A stretch of DNA of 64,000 nt from a virus. Its lineage: Duplodnaviria; Heunggongvirae; Uroviricota; Caudoviricetes. The position numbers and the translations under genes are program-made. Within the stretch, counting starts at the first letter, position 1. Each line of letters starts with the position of its first letter. Of this stretch, positions 44,768-55,600 are shown piece by piece. Where the stretch lies: the IMG/VR virus record IMGVR_UViG_3300029998_000014; one strand, given 5' to 3'. The notes below the pieces were generated by a model. The model had not been told where the DNA came from. It saw nothing but the letters and a program-made list of their open reading frames with translations, and did no database searches.

Positions 44768-46198
44768 ATGGTAGTAGCAAGTTACGTTAACGTAAAGCCA
44801 GAATTGGCACACAGTAGAACCTATGAGGATTTCTACAAACTTTTAGGAACTCGTCCTAAAATGATGGGAGTTATGGCTCGCATGTATACACATAATACAG
44901 CGACTTTCTTAACAGAAGCCTTAATGAACATTTATTACAACTCTAAAACAGCTAATAAATTTCAACCACTTAATACCTTAATGGTAGAATGGGAAATTGA
45001 TGTAGAATTCGTAAAAAGAGTTGAATTCGCAGCAGCACCAACGGGTACTGGTGCAGGTGGTGCAGATATCATAATGTATTTCAAAGAAAGATATTATGAA
45101 AAATATGATACATTCAAAATTGACGGATCGCGTCAGCAATGTATTGTTAAAGCAACCCCACAAAGAAAAGCAGATGTATTCTGGGAATATACGGTTCAAT
45201 TAATTGATGCAGATTTCTCTTCAATTCTTGATGCTTCAGCATGTCAAGTAGGTGGAACAACTCGTTTCTTATCTAATATTATGCCTGAGTACCATGAAGA
45301 AGGTTATACTAAGTATCAATCAAACATTGAAAAACATCGTCAATGGATCACAGAACATAGAAATGACATTTCTTACTCTTCTCGTTATGCTCAAATGGAA
45401 GATCAATTTATCAAAATTGCATCAGGAGATGGAGCTGGAGACTTGAAAGAAAAGATCTTTAAGTTAAACAAAATGGAAAAAGATTTGTTTGAAAACTTCC
45501 AAACAGTTAAAAATAACCACTTACTATGGGGAAAAACAACTATGGATGTTAATGGTAAATCTACTGTACTTACAGAAGATGGTCGTCCACTTATCGCGGG
45601 TGATGGTCTTATTCCTCAAATCGAAAGATTTGCATCTAAGTATAAATATGCTAAATTGAATGTAAACATCATCAATACAGTAATTGATCAAATGAATCAA
45701 AAAGCAGCAAATGCAATTGGTAACAGTTACACATTTATTGTTAATGATAGACTTTGGGGTCAAATTAACTCTACTTTAGGAGACTGGTTGAAATTGTGGG
45801 GATCAACTCCAACAATGATGTATTCTAAAGCAGCTCAATCAATGGTTAAAGCTGATAATCCTATCAAAGTTGGTGGAACTTTCACTTCTTATGAAATTGC
45901 CGGTAATATGGTAACATTCATGGTTGATCGTGCTCTTACTAAAGAATATGATAGAAAAGGATACGGTATTTGTCTTGATATGTCACCTGACGTTTCAACA
46001 AATCAACCAGCTATCGCAGCATTTACATTAGAAGGTGCAGAATTTGTAACATCTAAATATCCAGGTGTTGGTGGTGTAGATGGTATCACTAGTGGTATCG
46101 TTAGTTCTCCAATCGCAGGATCTAAATTGATCGTTGCAGGATACTCTGGTATTGCAGCATTCGCTCCTTATAAATCATTCATTATTGAAGAAGTTTAG
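44768..46198 (+). CDS. crAss-like major capsid protein (476 aa)
   Basis: RTYEDFYKLLG, FKERYYEKYD, EGYTKYQSNIEKHR, GDGLIPQIERFA. Seven Trp, all TGG. Confidence 0.9.
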   Translation: MVVASYVNVKPELAHSRTYEDFYKLLGTRPKMMGVMARMYTHNTATFLTEALMNIYYNSKTANKFQPLNTLMVEWEIDVEFVKRVEFAAAPTGTGAGGADIIMYFKERYYEKYDTFKIDGSRQQCIVKATPQRKADVFWEYTVQLIDADFSSILDASACQVGGTTRFLSNIMPEYHEEGYTKYQSNIEKHRQWITEHRNDISYSSRYAQMEDQFIKIASGDGAGDLKEKIFKLNKMEKDLFENFQTVKNNHLLWGKTTMDVNGKSTVLTEDGRPLIAGDGLIPQIERFASKYKYAKLNVNIINTVIDQMNQKAANAIGNSYTFIVNDRLWGQINSTLGDWLKLWGSTPTMMYSKAAQSMVKADNPIKVGGTFTSYEIAGNMVTFMVDRALTKEYDRKGYGICLDMSPDVSTNQPAIAAFTLEGAEFVTSKYPGVGGVDGITSGIVSSPIAGSKLIVAGYSGIAAFAPYKSFIIEEV

Positions 46199-46209
46199 TA
46201 ATAAAAAAT

Positions 46210-46237
46210 GGGGAAGGATTAACCTTCCCCTAATTTT
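46210..46237 (+). terminator. Intrinsic terminator after MCP
   Basis: GGGGAAGG-attaa-CCTTCCCC followed by a T-rich tail. Confidence 0.7.
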
Positions 46238-46280
46238 AGATATTTTACAAGTAGATGAAAATTAAAAAATACAAAAAAAT

Positions 46281-47195
46281 ATGAATATGAATAATGAAAT
46301 AATTCTTAGAAGTGCTTATGGAAAAGTTAATCAAACGTACTTTATACAACCCTGTCCAAATCCACGTACAGGAAGATACCCCGATTGTGTTAGATTAGTC
46401 AGAGGTGATGTCAATAAAGGTGCTACCGAAATGGTTTTGTCAGAAGATGATATTACTAAAATGAGTAATGGTGAAGCCCATTATATTGCAGCCGATCACG
46501 TATTTGAAATAGTGGACGGAACTTCATTTGACTTAGATGATGTAATAGATAAAGCTAAATGAGAAGCTATTGAATATTGTAACTGGATTGCAAAAGATAG
46601 ATTCCAAAGAGATTCAGATGGTAATTTAATTGTAGATGGTGGTGCTCGTAAATATGGCATTGCTGATTTATATGTTGAAAGACCAGGAGAACTTACTAAA
46701 GTTAAAATGGACAAAAAACAATTTGTTTATAGAGCTTTAAGTTATATCTATGAAGATTCAGAATCGGAAAGAATCAAAAAATGTAGAGTGTTAGGACGCA
46801 ATTTAGGAAATGCAATCCCTGCTGATATACTAGATTATCTAGTTGAAATCGCTGAGAAAACTCCAAAAAGGATAATTGAATTATACGAAGGAGAAGATTG
46901 GAAAATGCATTTGTTTATTCTCGATGCAGTTGATCGTGGAGTAATTAGACGTTCAGACGGAATATATAAATACGATGATAAAATGCTTGGAGGTTCATTA
47001 GAATCAACAATAACATTCCTAAGAGATATTAGATTCAAAAAACTATTAGATTCTATTAAACGTGAAACTTATCCTGAGTTAATGACTAAACGTGAAATTG
47101 ACGTTGCTCAAGAAGATATCACTAAAGATATTCCTTATTATGAAGAACCTGTTGAAACAGTTACTGTCAAAAAAGGACCAACATCTAAAAAATAA
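46281..47195 (+). CDS. Conserved crAss-like protein downstream of MCP (304 aa)
   Basis: Joins ORFs 46281 and 46707 across AK-W-EAI. Confidence 0.75.
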
Positions 47196-47218
47196 TATTA
47201 ACCATAATATAATTATAT

Positions 47219-48112
47219 ATGAAATACATTGTTTACAAAACTACTTGTTTAATTAACAATAAAATTTATATTGGAGTACATAAAACTGAAAATCCTGATA
47301 TTTTTGATGGATATTTAGGAAATGGATTTAATTTAAACAATACACATTATTTGAATTATCCTATTCGTCCTTTTCATTTTGCAATAATAAAACATGGAAT
47401 ATCAAATTTTAAAAGAGATATTTTATATGTATTTGAAAAAGAAGAAGATGCGTATATAAAAGAATCAGAATTAGTTACTGAAGAATTTATAAATAGTGAT
47501 AAAACATACAATACATCATTAGGTGGAAAAGGAAGACCTAGACCATATAATTTTGTTTATCAATTTGATTTTAACGGAAATTTATTAAAATCATATGAAT
47601 CTGCTATAGAAGCTAGTAAAATTATAGAAAGAGATATATCTAATATATATGGAGCAATTAATGAAAAAAGAACTTGTAATGGGTTTTTATGGAGTTATAA
47701 TAATCTAATAAATATTTCAGAATATAATCTACATAATCCTAATAAATATTATATTTATGATGTTGATGGATTTTTAGTAGAAGAATTTGAAAAAATGTCA
47801 GATGCTATATTATTTTTAGATACAAATTCTGGAAATCTTAATAGAGCTATTAGAGCAAATTATAAAATTTCAGGATACTTTATAAGTACTGAAAAATATG
47901 ATAAATTACAAATAATAGTTAATAAAAAATCAGAAAAATTAAATAGATATTCTTTAGATGGAATATATATTGATAGTTTTGATACTATTATTCAAGCTAA
48001 AAATAAACTAGATTTAAAATTAGCTAGTATTAGTTCTGCTATAAAATTAAAAAGATCGTGTAATGGATTTTTATGAACCAGATCAGATAATCCTCCAAAT
48101 AAGATAATATAA
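47219..48112 (+). CDS. GIY-YIG homing endonuclease with NUMOD1 repeats
   Basis: YIVYKTTCLINNKIYIGVHKT, GFLW motifs. Confidence 0.85.
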
Positions 48113-48136
48113 TTAAATTATTAAAACTATACAATT

Positions 48137-49321
48137 ATCACAGCTAGCCAACTATTTGAAGCAGCTCTAACAGAATTAAATAAAGTCAATGCTCCAAGTT
48201 TATTGTTGGAAGATTATAACTATTTTATTAATAAAGCAATTTTGCAATACGTTAATAAAATGTATAACGCTTATGACATGAATCAACAGAAAACTGACGA
48301 TTTGAGAGTGTTAAAAAGTACTGCTGTTTTAGAACCAAAATTACAAACGGTATACCCTGGTTATACCTCACCTACTTCACCAAGTCCTTTATTTCAAGCG
48401 ACTTATGAAGTAGATTTACCACCAGATTACGTACATATTTTGAATTGTATTGTAGAATATAAAGTATTAAAATCTTTTAAATGTTACAATGCTAATTCAT
48501 ATTTACAAATGGGTGCAAAACGTCTAACTGGAGATATGTGGTCACAAATAATTAATAACTATTATCAAAGACCTTCATATTCTAATCCTTATTTTTATAT
48601 TCATAACGTAAATACAATAAATACATTCCCAACAGAAGATTCTAAAACAATCTTATCGGGAACTAATTTTAATATTTATACATTAGATTTAGATGGAACT
48701 GAAGTAGATGGAGATACAATTATAGTAAATGGAATTACATATACTTTAAAAACTTCACCATCTATATCAAATCCTTTAGAAGTATTAATAAATACTACTA
48801 ATAATGGAACTCTTGCAAATTTATATTCTAAATTATCTGTAAGTTCAGATCCTAAAATACAAAGAGCATACTACTTTTTAGATGTTAATACTAATATATT
48901 AACAATTAAATCAATGTATGATACATTTGTAGTATCTAAATCTAATACATCAGGTACTTTAACTTATGAAAGTGTTGAAAGATCTTTAATAACTAGAGAA
49001 GAAGATATTCGCTACGGTAATAGAGATGCAACTAGAATGGAGTTAAGATTTGGAAAAGATGATAAGATTTTTCAACCAACAAGAATATATGTAGATTATT
49101 TAAAATCTCCACAATTTATCAGACTTACACAAGAACAGGTAGATGCAGTAGAAGATACATCTCAAATATTAGAATTCCCAGATTACGTTGTTCAAGAAAT
49201 TATAAATGAACTAACTAATATATTAATGGAAAATGCTAGTGATCCTAGATTACAATCACATATTCCTGTTAATACATCAGTAGCTGGTCCACAACAAGAA
49301 CAACAACAAAGACATAGATAA
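48137..49321 (+). CDS. crAss-like tail ring protein (non-ATG start, probably ATC)
   Basis: (M)TASQLFEAALTELNK...FINKA N-terminus, YVHILNCIVEY, DYLKSPQFIRL, EFPDYVVQEIINEL. Confidence 0.7.
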   Translation: MTASQLFEAALTELNKVNAPSLLLEDYNYFINKAILQYVNKMYNAYDMNQQKTDDLRVLKSTAVLEPKLQTVYPGYTSPTSPSPLFQATYEVDLPPDYVHILNCIVEYKVLKSFKCYNANSYLQMGAKRLTGDMWSQIINNYYQRPSYSNPYFYIHNVNTINTFPTEDSKTILSGTNFNIYTLDLDGTEVDGDTIIVNGITYTLKTSPSISNPLEVLINTTNNGTLANLYSKLSVSSDPKIQRAYYFLDVNTNILTIKSMYDTFVVSKSNTSGTLTYESVERSLITREEDIRYGNRDATRMELRFGKDDKIFQPTRIYVDYLKSPQFIRLTQEQVDAVEDTSQILEFPDYVVQEIINELTNILMENASDPRLQSHIPVNTSVAGPQQEQQQRHR

Positions 49322-49350
49322 ATATTTTTAAATGATATAAACTATAAAAA

Positions 49351-50433
49351 ATGTATCAATTTACAACAACAACAATTTTAAATTCTCAATTAGATTCAAA
49401 TGGTTCTACAGCTAAATATGCTGGAACTGCCCAAGGTCTGAATGTAACTAGAGTAAATTTCTTCAAGAAAGCAGGTATCGTAAGCGTTTATAAAAAAGCT
49501 TATAGTGCTGGTGTTAAAGAAGTAGCTTCAATTACAATCGCCGCTTCAACAAGTGGGCTAGTAAATAGATTAGAAGTAGATGTAAGATTATCTCAACAAA
49601 CCAATTCTGAATATGCAAATACTTATTTGTATTTCAAAAAACCGGTTGTAGTTGAAGTACTTTCATCAGGTGTAGCTGCTACTGACGCAACTGCTCTTAT
49701 TGCTCAAATTAACGGACTTAAAGATAGATTCGGTTTCTCTTATATCACTGCTACTTCTGGTGGTTCTGGTATTATTACATTAACCGCTACTGATAATAAC
49801 CAAAGATTTTTCTCAATTAAACAAACTGAAGAAGTTGCATTAACTTTAAACTCTAACTCAATTATTCAACCTGAATATACAGTAAAAGCTACAGGTACAG
49901 TTACAACTGCTGGTCTTGTTGGTTTTGGAGATGACGATTTCATGGTAAGATCAATTATGTTCCCTACTTATGAAAACACTCGTTTCTTTGGTACAAACAA
50001 AGAAGAAAGACCAATCATTGGTGGAAACTATTCTCAATATACACTTCGTTACAAAATCCAAAAAGATAGTGCTGATGGAATCCTCGCAGAAGGTAATTCA
50101 ATCACAACTCATGTATTCTATGTACCTGCTGCTAATGTAACAACATTTGAAACTGCAATTACTAATACTGGTTTATCTATTTTAGCTTCTAGTCCTGGTG
50201 CTGGTGCATTCCAATTAACTACTAATGATAACTTAATCGTCGTAGGTGATACTACTACTATTACTCCTGTTGGAGCATTAGGAGCTGTAACATTCGCTTC
50301 TGGAACTACTGCTACTGCTACTGTTGTAGCTGGAACTGGTGTAGTTACTGGTGTAGCTGCTGGAACTACAGTAATTACTGCTACTGATGCTACTGGTGCA
50401 ACTGGTACAATCACAATTACAGTAATCGCTTAA
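49351..50433 (+). CDS. Auxiliary capsid protein with C-terminal Ig-like (Big2) domain
   Basis: MYQFTTTTILN start; C-terminal ATVVAGTGVVTGVAAGTTVITAT. Confidence 0.7.
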   Translation: MYQFTTTTILNSQLDSNGSTAKYAGTAQGLNVTRVNFFKKAGIVSVYKKAYSAGVKEVASITIAASTSGLVNRLEVDVRLSQQTNSEYANTYLYFKKPVVVEVLSSGVAATDATALIAQINGLKDRFGFSYITATSGGSGIITLTATDNNQRFFSIKQTEEVALTLNSNSIIQPEYTVKATGTVTTAGLVGFGDDDFMVRSIMFPTYENTRFFGTNKEERPIIGGNYSQYTLRYKIQKDSADGILAEGNSITTHVFYVPAANVTTFETAITNTGLSILASSPGAGAFQLTTNDNLIVVGDTTTITPVGALGAVTFASGTTATATVVAGTGVVTGVAAGTTVITATDATGATGTITITVIA

Positions 50434-50449
50434 TATTAATTAATTACTT

Positions 50450-50480
50450 AAAGGGTGGGGCGTCTTGCCTCACCCTTTTT
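50450..50480 (+). terminator. Intrinsic terminator
   Basis: AAAGGGTGGGGC-gtctt-GCCTCACCCTTTTT. Confidence 0.75.
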
Positions 50481-50495
50481 TATTAAATCTAACTT

Positions 50496-51167
50496 ATGGT
50501 AACTAAATTAGCATCAGCTATATATAATGATATTATTGGAGGTCTTGCTGGTATAACAAGTACTCCTAATTTATCACTACAACAATTAGAAGATGATTGT
50601 GTTGACGAACGTCTTCAAATTATTAAGGAATATTCTTTAAAAGGAATTGTTCCAAAAAGAGATTTAGTAATGTCTATTAATTGTGTAGATGTTGATACTA
50701 AATCATTAGATAAATGTCCTTGTAATCTTCCTGATTATAGTAGACCTGAAATGCATTTTGAAATTCCTCAAATAGTAAATGATTTAAGTTGTGATGCAAT
50801 TGATTATTTAGGTTCAATTCATAAAGAAATTGTATTTAAAGTTTATACTACAATTAACGGATTTAGATCACATAGATATCTTAGACATGGTTCTAATAAA
50901 CCTCACGTATATATTGATACTACACCAAATGCAAATAACATGTATGATTGTTGAGTATTTAATACTCCGTTATTAAAGAAAGTATCAATTATATTTATAC
51001 CAAAAGATCCAAGACAACTCACACAATATGATTGTTGTGCTGGAGATGATTTAGAAAATTATACATTTATATCAGCTGAGATTAAAAAACGTTTAACTGA
51101 AAAGAAATTACGTTATTATCGTCAAATGGCTGCTCAACCCATACCTAACACACAAGCTCCTCATTAA
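50496..51167 (+). CDS. crAss-like tail ring protein
   Basis: KLASAIYND...LQQLEDDCVDERLQIIKE; extends through DC-W-VFN. Confidence 0.72.
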
Positions 51168-51871
51168 TGAAAAGATTTCCATTTAATACAGCGTATACTC
51201 AAATGAGACAATTATACGGTCTTGAAATAAACCCTGATGAATTTGAAACATTAGGTTTAATTGCTTGAGATAAAATAGGTAACAAACAATATAGATGATA
51301 TCACTACCAAACTGAAGCTGAAAAAAATGCTGATGGTAGTTTTTATGTAGATCTTCCTTGTAATTGTGATATAATCGAAGCTGTTACAGCAGATTATGAA
51401 GATTATCAAAAGACTACACCAACAACATTAGCTGGAAATAATCAAAATGGATGAATTGAAGGTTATGTTGAATCAAGAAAATATAATACAGGATTTGGAT
51501 ATTCATCAGGTAAATTTATTAAATATCAACAAACCGGAAACACAATTCAATTAGCTGATAAATTTAATAAAATAAATATTCTTTATAAAGGAGTTATTGT
51601 TGATGAAGAAGGATTACCTTATTTAGATGTTAGAGAGATTGATGCTGTTGCGGCTTTTTGTGCGCAAGCTGAATTTTTTAAGAAAGGTTTAATTACTATG
51701 AATTCAGGAATAATTCAAATGTCTCAATTACTTGAACAGAAATGAAAATTAATGTGTACTCAAGCTAGAGTACCCGAATATATAAATCAAAATGAAATGG
51801 ATGAAATCCTTAATGTTTCTTCTTCATGAGATAGAAAACGTTTCGGTAAATCATTTAAACCAACTCGTTAA
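51167..51871 (+). CDS. crAss-like tail ring protein
   Basis: ETLGLIA-W-DKIGNK, LPCNCDIIEAVT, NEMDEILNVSSS-W-DRKRFGKSFKP; missing from the track. Confidence 0.72.
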
Positions 51872-52890
51872 TGCGTATATTATTTAATCATGGACTAACA
51901 CCTGGGGAGATTTATTCAAATACTCCTACAAAGGTTACTGATAAAAAATGAAGGAATCTTAATGATACTTATGGATGAAATGCAACATATGAAGATGCTA
52001 TAGCTGGTCCTTTTAGATATTGTCTTGGTTTAATATTACATAGAGTTATTGATGATAGAGTTAGATTTGTAATCCCTACAGTTGCGGAGTCTTATATAGA
52101 CTTCGAAATTGTAACGGGTGATAAATTTATAACACAACGTCAGAATGGACGATTTCAAGAAGTTGATTTTGTAGAATCTGATTTTACAGGATATTTTATG
52201 AATTATTATTTTAAAACTAGAGCATATCCTAAAATGATTCCCATATATATTGGGAGTGAATTAAAGAGAAAATTTATGGAAGGAGTTAACTCTGGAGTTA
52301 AATTTTACACAACAAAAGATGTATTCTTAGATGACTTTATAGATGAAGTTCAAATGGAATTCAATACTTTTACAAAACCTGAAATAAAAAGATTATTGAC
52401 ACATGGATTCAGACGTATGCATTCCGCTATAAAGTATGGATGTGCCATATCTATAATATCAAAAAGACATATTAATTGTTTAGCTTATATCGGACATTTA
52501 ACACTAACTCCTGATATACAGATTAAAGAATACAGTATTCGTAGAGATAGAAAATTAAGAAAGATCGAAGGATGAAAGAAAACTCCATTCGATGGATATT
52601 ACTATATAGGATTAAATCCAACCGGATTTAACAAATGATTAGAAGATAATAAAACTAGCAAATCAATTGTCAAATTTAATAATATTATTCCTCGTAAAAT
52701 TAAGGAAGAACTTTATTATAAAGCAAAACATATTTATGTATTTAGATTTAAAAGTAAAACTTTTAAAGGATGGAGTTATTGAGCAGATAGTTTAAAAGTT
52801 AGAGATTTAGAATATATGGGTGAAGCTTATGAACACAAGTTCACACCATCTAACAAAACATGACAAGAATTAAGAAATGAAGAAAGATAA
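51871..52890 (+). CDS. Conserved crAss-like hypothetical protein (339 aa)
   Basis: Extends ORF 52198-52575 both ways via TGA. Confidence 0.65.
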
Positions 52891-53821
52891 TGAATATGAA
52901 GGATATATTTACAAAGCAACTTGTAAATTAAACAATAAATGTTATATTGGTGAAACAATTAGATCTTTAAAAAGAAGAAAAACCGAACATCTAAGTGCTG
53001 CAAGAAATAAAAAGCATAAAGATCGAAATTCATATTTTTATAATGCAATCCGTAAATATGGAGAAGAAAATTTTAATTGAGAAATTATTAAAATTTGTAG
53101 GAATATAGATAAAGATTCTTTATATAACGAATTATTTGAATTAGAAATTAGTTACATTAAAGAGTTTGATTCTTTTGAAAATGGATATAATTCTAATTTA
53201 GGTGGTATAGGGAGTAAAGGAAGAATTGTATCTGCAGAAACTAGAAAAAAATTAAGAGATTTACAATTAGGAACAAAAAGATCAGATGAATCTAAAGAAA
53301 GAATTAGACAAGCTAAATTAAATATTTCACTTTCTGAAGGACATAAAGAAAAAATAAAAATTAATACTAAAATAGCTTGTGAAAATAATCCTGAAAGATC
53401 TAAAAAAATAAAAGAAGGATTACAACTTGGGGTTAATATTTTTACAGAAGATGGAGCATTAATAAATACATTTCAATGTATTAAAGATGGAGCAAAATTT
53501 TATAATGTTGACCCTAGTTCTGTGACAAAAAATTGTAAACGAATAGTACAAACATGTGGTAAATTAGAAAATTTAAGATTAATTTGAAGATATAAAGATG
53601 ATAATTTTAATTTAGAAGATAAAAAAATTTTAAAACCAATAATTGTTGATATTTTTGATTTTGAAAATAATTTTATTAAAACTTTTAATTGTGCTAAAGA
53701 TGTTTGTGATTATTATAATATAACAAGTTCATCTACATCTAATGTATTATCTGGAAAAACTAAATATTGTAAAACTAAAGATGGACAGAAAATAATAATT
53801 AAATATAAAATTTTTAATTAA
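52877..53821 (+). CDS. GIY-YIG homing endonuclease (NUMOD3/NUMOD1-type tail)
   Basis: GYIYKATC...CYIGET...FYNAIRKYGEENFN-W...GYN. Confidence 0.85.
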
Positions 53822-54930
53822 TGAAAAAAGAAACAATAAATACTTTTTCTGAAGGATTAAATTACGATATTAATCCAATTATGATGCCTTCTAATACATT
53901 AACTGATTGTATAAATGGAACTTTCATAACTTTTAATTCAGATGAAATGGCATTACAAAATGATGCTGGAAATACAAAGATTAAAGCACCAGATTGGACA
54001 GAAGAAACTCCAAAATATATATCTTTAACAGATGGATTTTATCCAATTGGAATAAGAGAATTTGGTGGAGTATTATATATTGTATCTGCTAATAAAAATA
54101 CTAATCAAGTAGAGTTTGGAAGTTATCCATGTCCACAAATATTAACAGAAGAATCAGTAGGAAATGGAATTCAGTTTACATTTAATGATCCAACAAAATA
54201 TTCATTATTTACTTCTAATGTTTTAAATAATTATATATTTAAAGCTGGAGAATATACTGTATTTGAAGGAGTTGATTTAGATTTATCAAATGTAACTCGC
54301 TATCATTACTCAGGAAATTTACGAATTTCATCAGATTTAAGAATATATAATGTCAAACTATACCTTCAATTAACTAATGGATTTATTGACCTTACAACGG
54401 ATGTATGAAATGAATATGCACGTTTTAAAGGTGGAACATTAACTGACCAATTTTGGTTTGATGATCCAACTTTCAAATATTATTGTAAAAATAACTTTAA
54501 AGGTAAATTAGTTTTATCTGTTGAACTTGAAGATTTACCTTTATTTCATTTAAATTATTATAATTTAGATCAAATAGATGGACAAGGTTATCAAGCTACA
54601 TTTAATATTTCTGTTGATAATCAAACTACTTGAAATATTACACATTTACGAATAAACTATTCATTAGATGGTTGAGCTACAAGAACATGAACTGATATTA
54701 TATTAGGTTCACCTACAGATGATTATATAATTACTATTCCATTTTCTGAAGAAGGAAATATATTAGAATTTAGTATAACTCCTGTATTTAATAATCCTGG
54801 AACTACTGATGATGTAACAGATGAATTACCAACAATATACTTAAATAAATATACTCTCTCAGGTTCTGAATTACTAACTAATGTTTTTAATTATGATTCC
54901 AATGATTATGAAGGATATGATTATTACTAA
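53821..54930 (+). CDS. crAss-like tail structural protein (369 aa)
   Basis: NTFSEGLNYD...LTDCING...ALQNDAGN...GGVLYIVS. Confidence 0.68.
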
Positions 54931-54951
54931 ACACAAAAAAAATATAAAAAT

Positions 54952-55599
54952 ATGTTACTAGAAGCAATAAAAACAGCTGTAAAAAATTATATTCCAGTAG
55001 CTGGGAATAAAATAAAGAGAGGTGATCATGTGAATGCAAATGATGAAATGATTTCAGCATTATATTATTCAGATTGAGGAATACCTAAACCTTTTTTCTC
55101 AAGTACGTTACCACCAGAGGGATATGTGTGATGTAATGTTCCAGGTCAAACAGTTAATGTAGCAGATTGTCATCCTTCATTTGTTTCTACAATGGGACCT
55201 ATGTTTCTAGTTTATGGAGGAGATGGAGTTACAACTATAGGTATTCCTTATATTAAACCTGGATCATCATTAATTCAAGCAGGAATTCCTCCATTATATG
55301 CATATGCAACTCTTGAATTAGGTGCTTCAGCAGGTGAATTTTCACATCAATTAGATCTTACTGAATCACCAGTACATAATCATCCAAATGGTATTGCGGA
55401 TGATAATGGTTCTTTCTTTGTATATAATAAAGTAACTACAGGAATGCCTGGTAATGCTACAAATACAATAGTTGGTGAAAATAATGCACGTACTTATCAA
55501 GGTCTTACAGGTAACGCTGGTGGAGATAGTGGAGTAACAATGCCTCATAATAATATGCCTCCTTACTTTGTAGTTAATTATATACTAAGAATAAAATAA
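54952..55599 (+). CDS. Tail-collar-domain protein
   Basis: PEGYV-W-CN collar motif; GEFSHQL...HNNMPPYFVVNYILRI end. Confidence 0.7.
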
Positions 55600-55600
55600 A

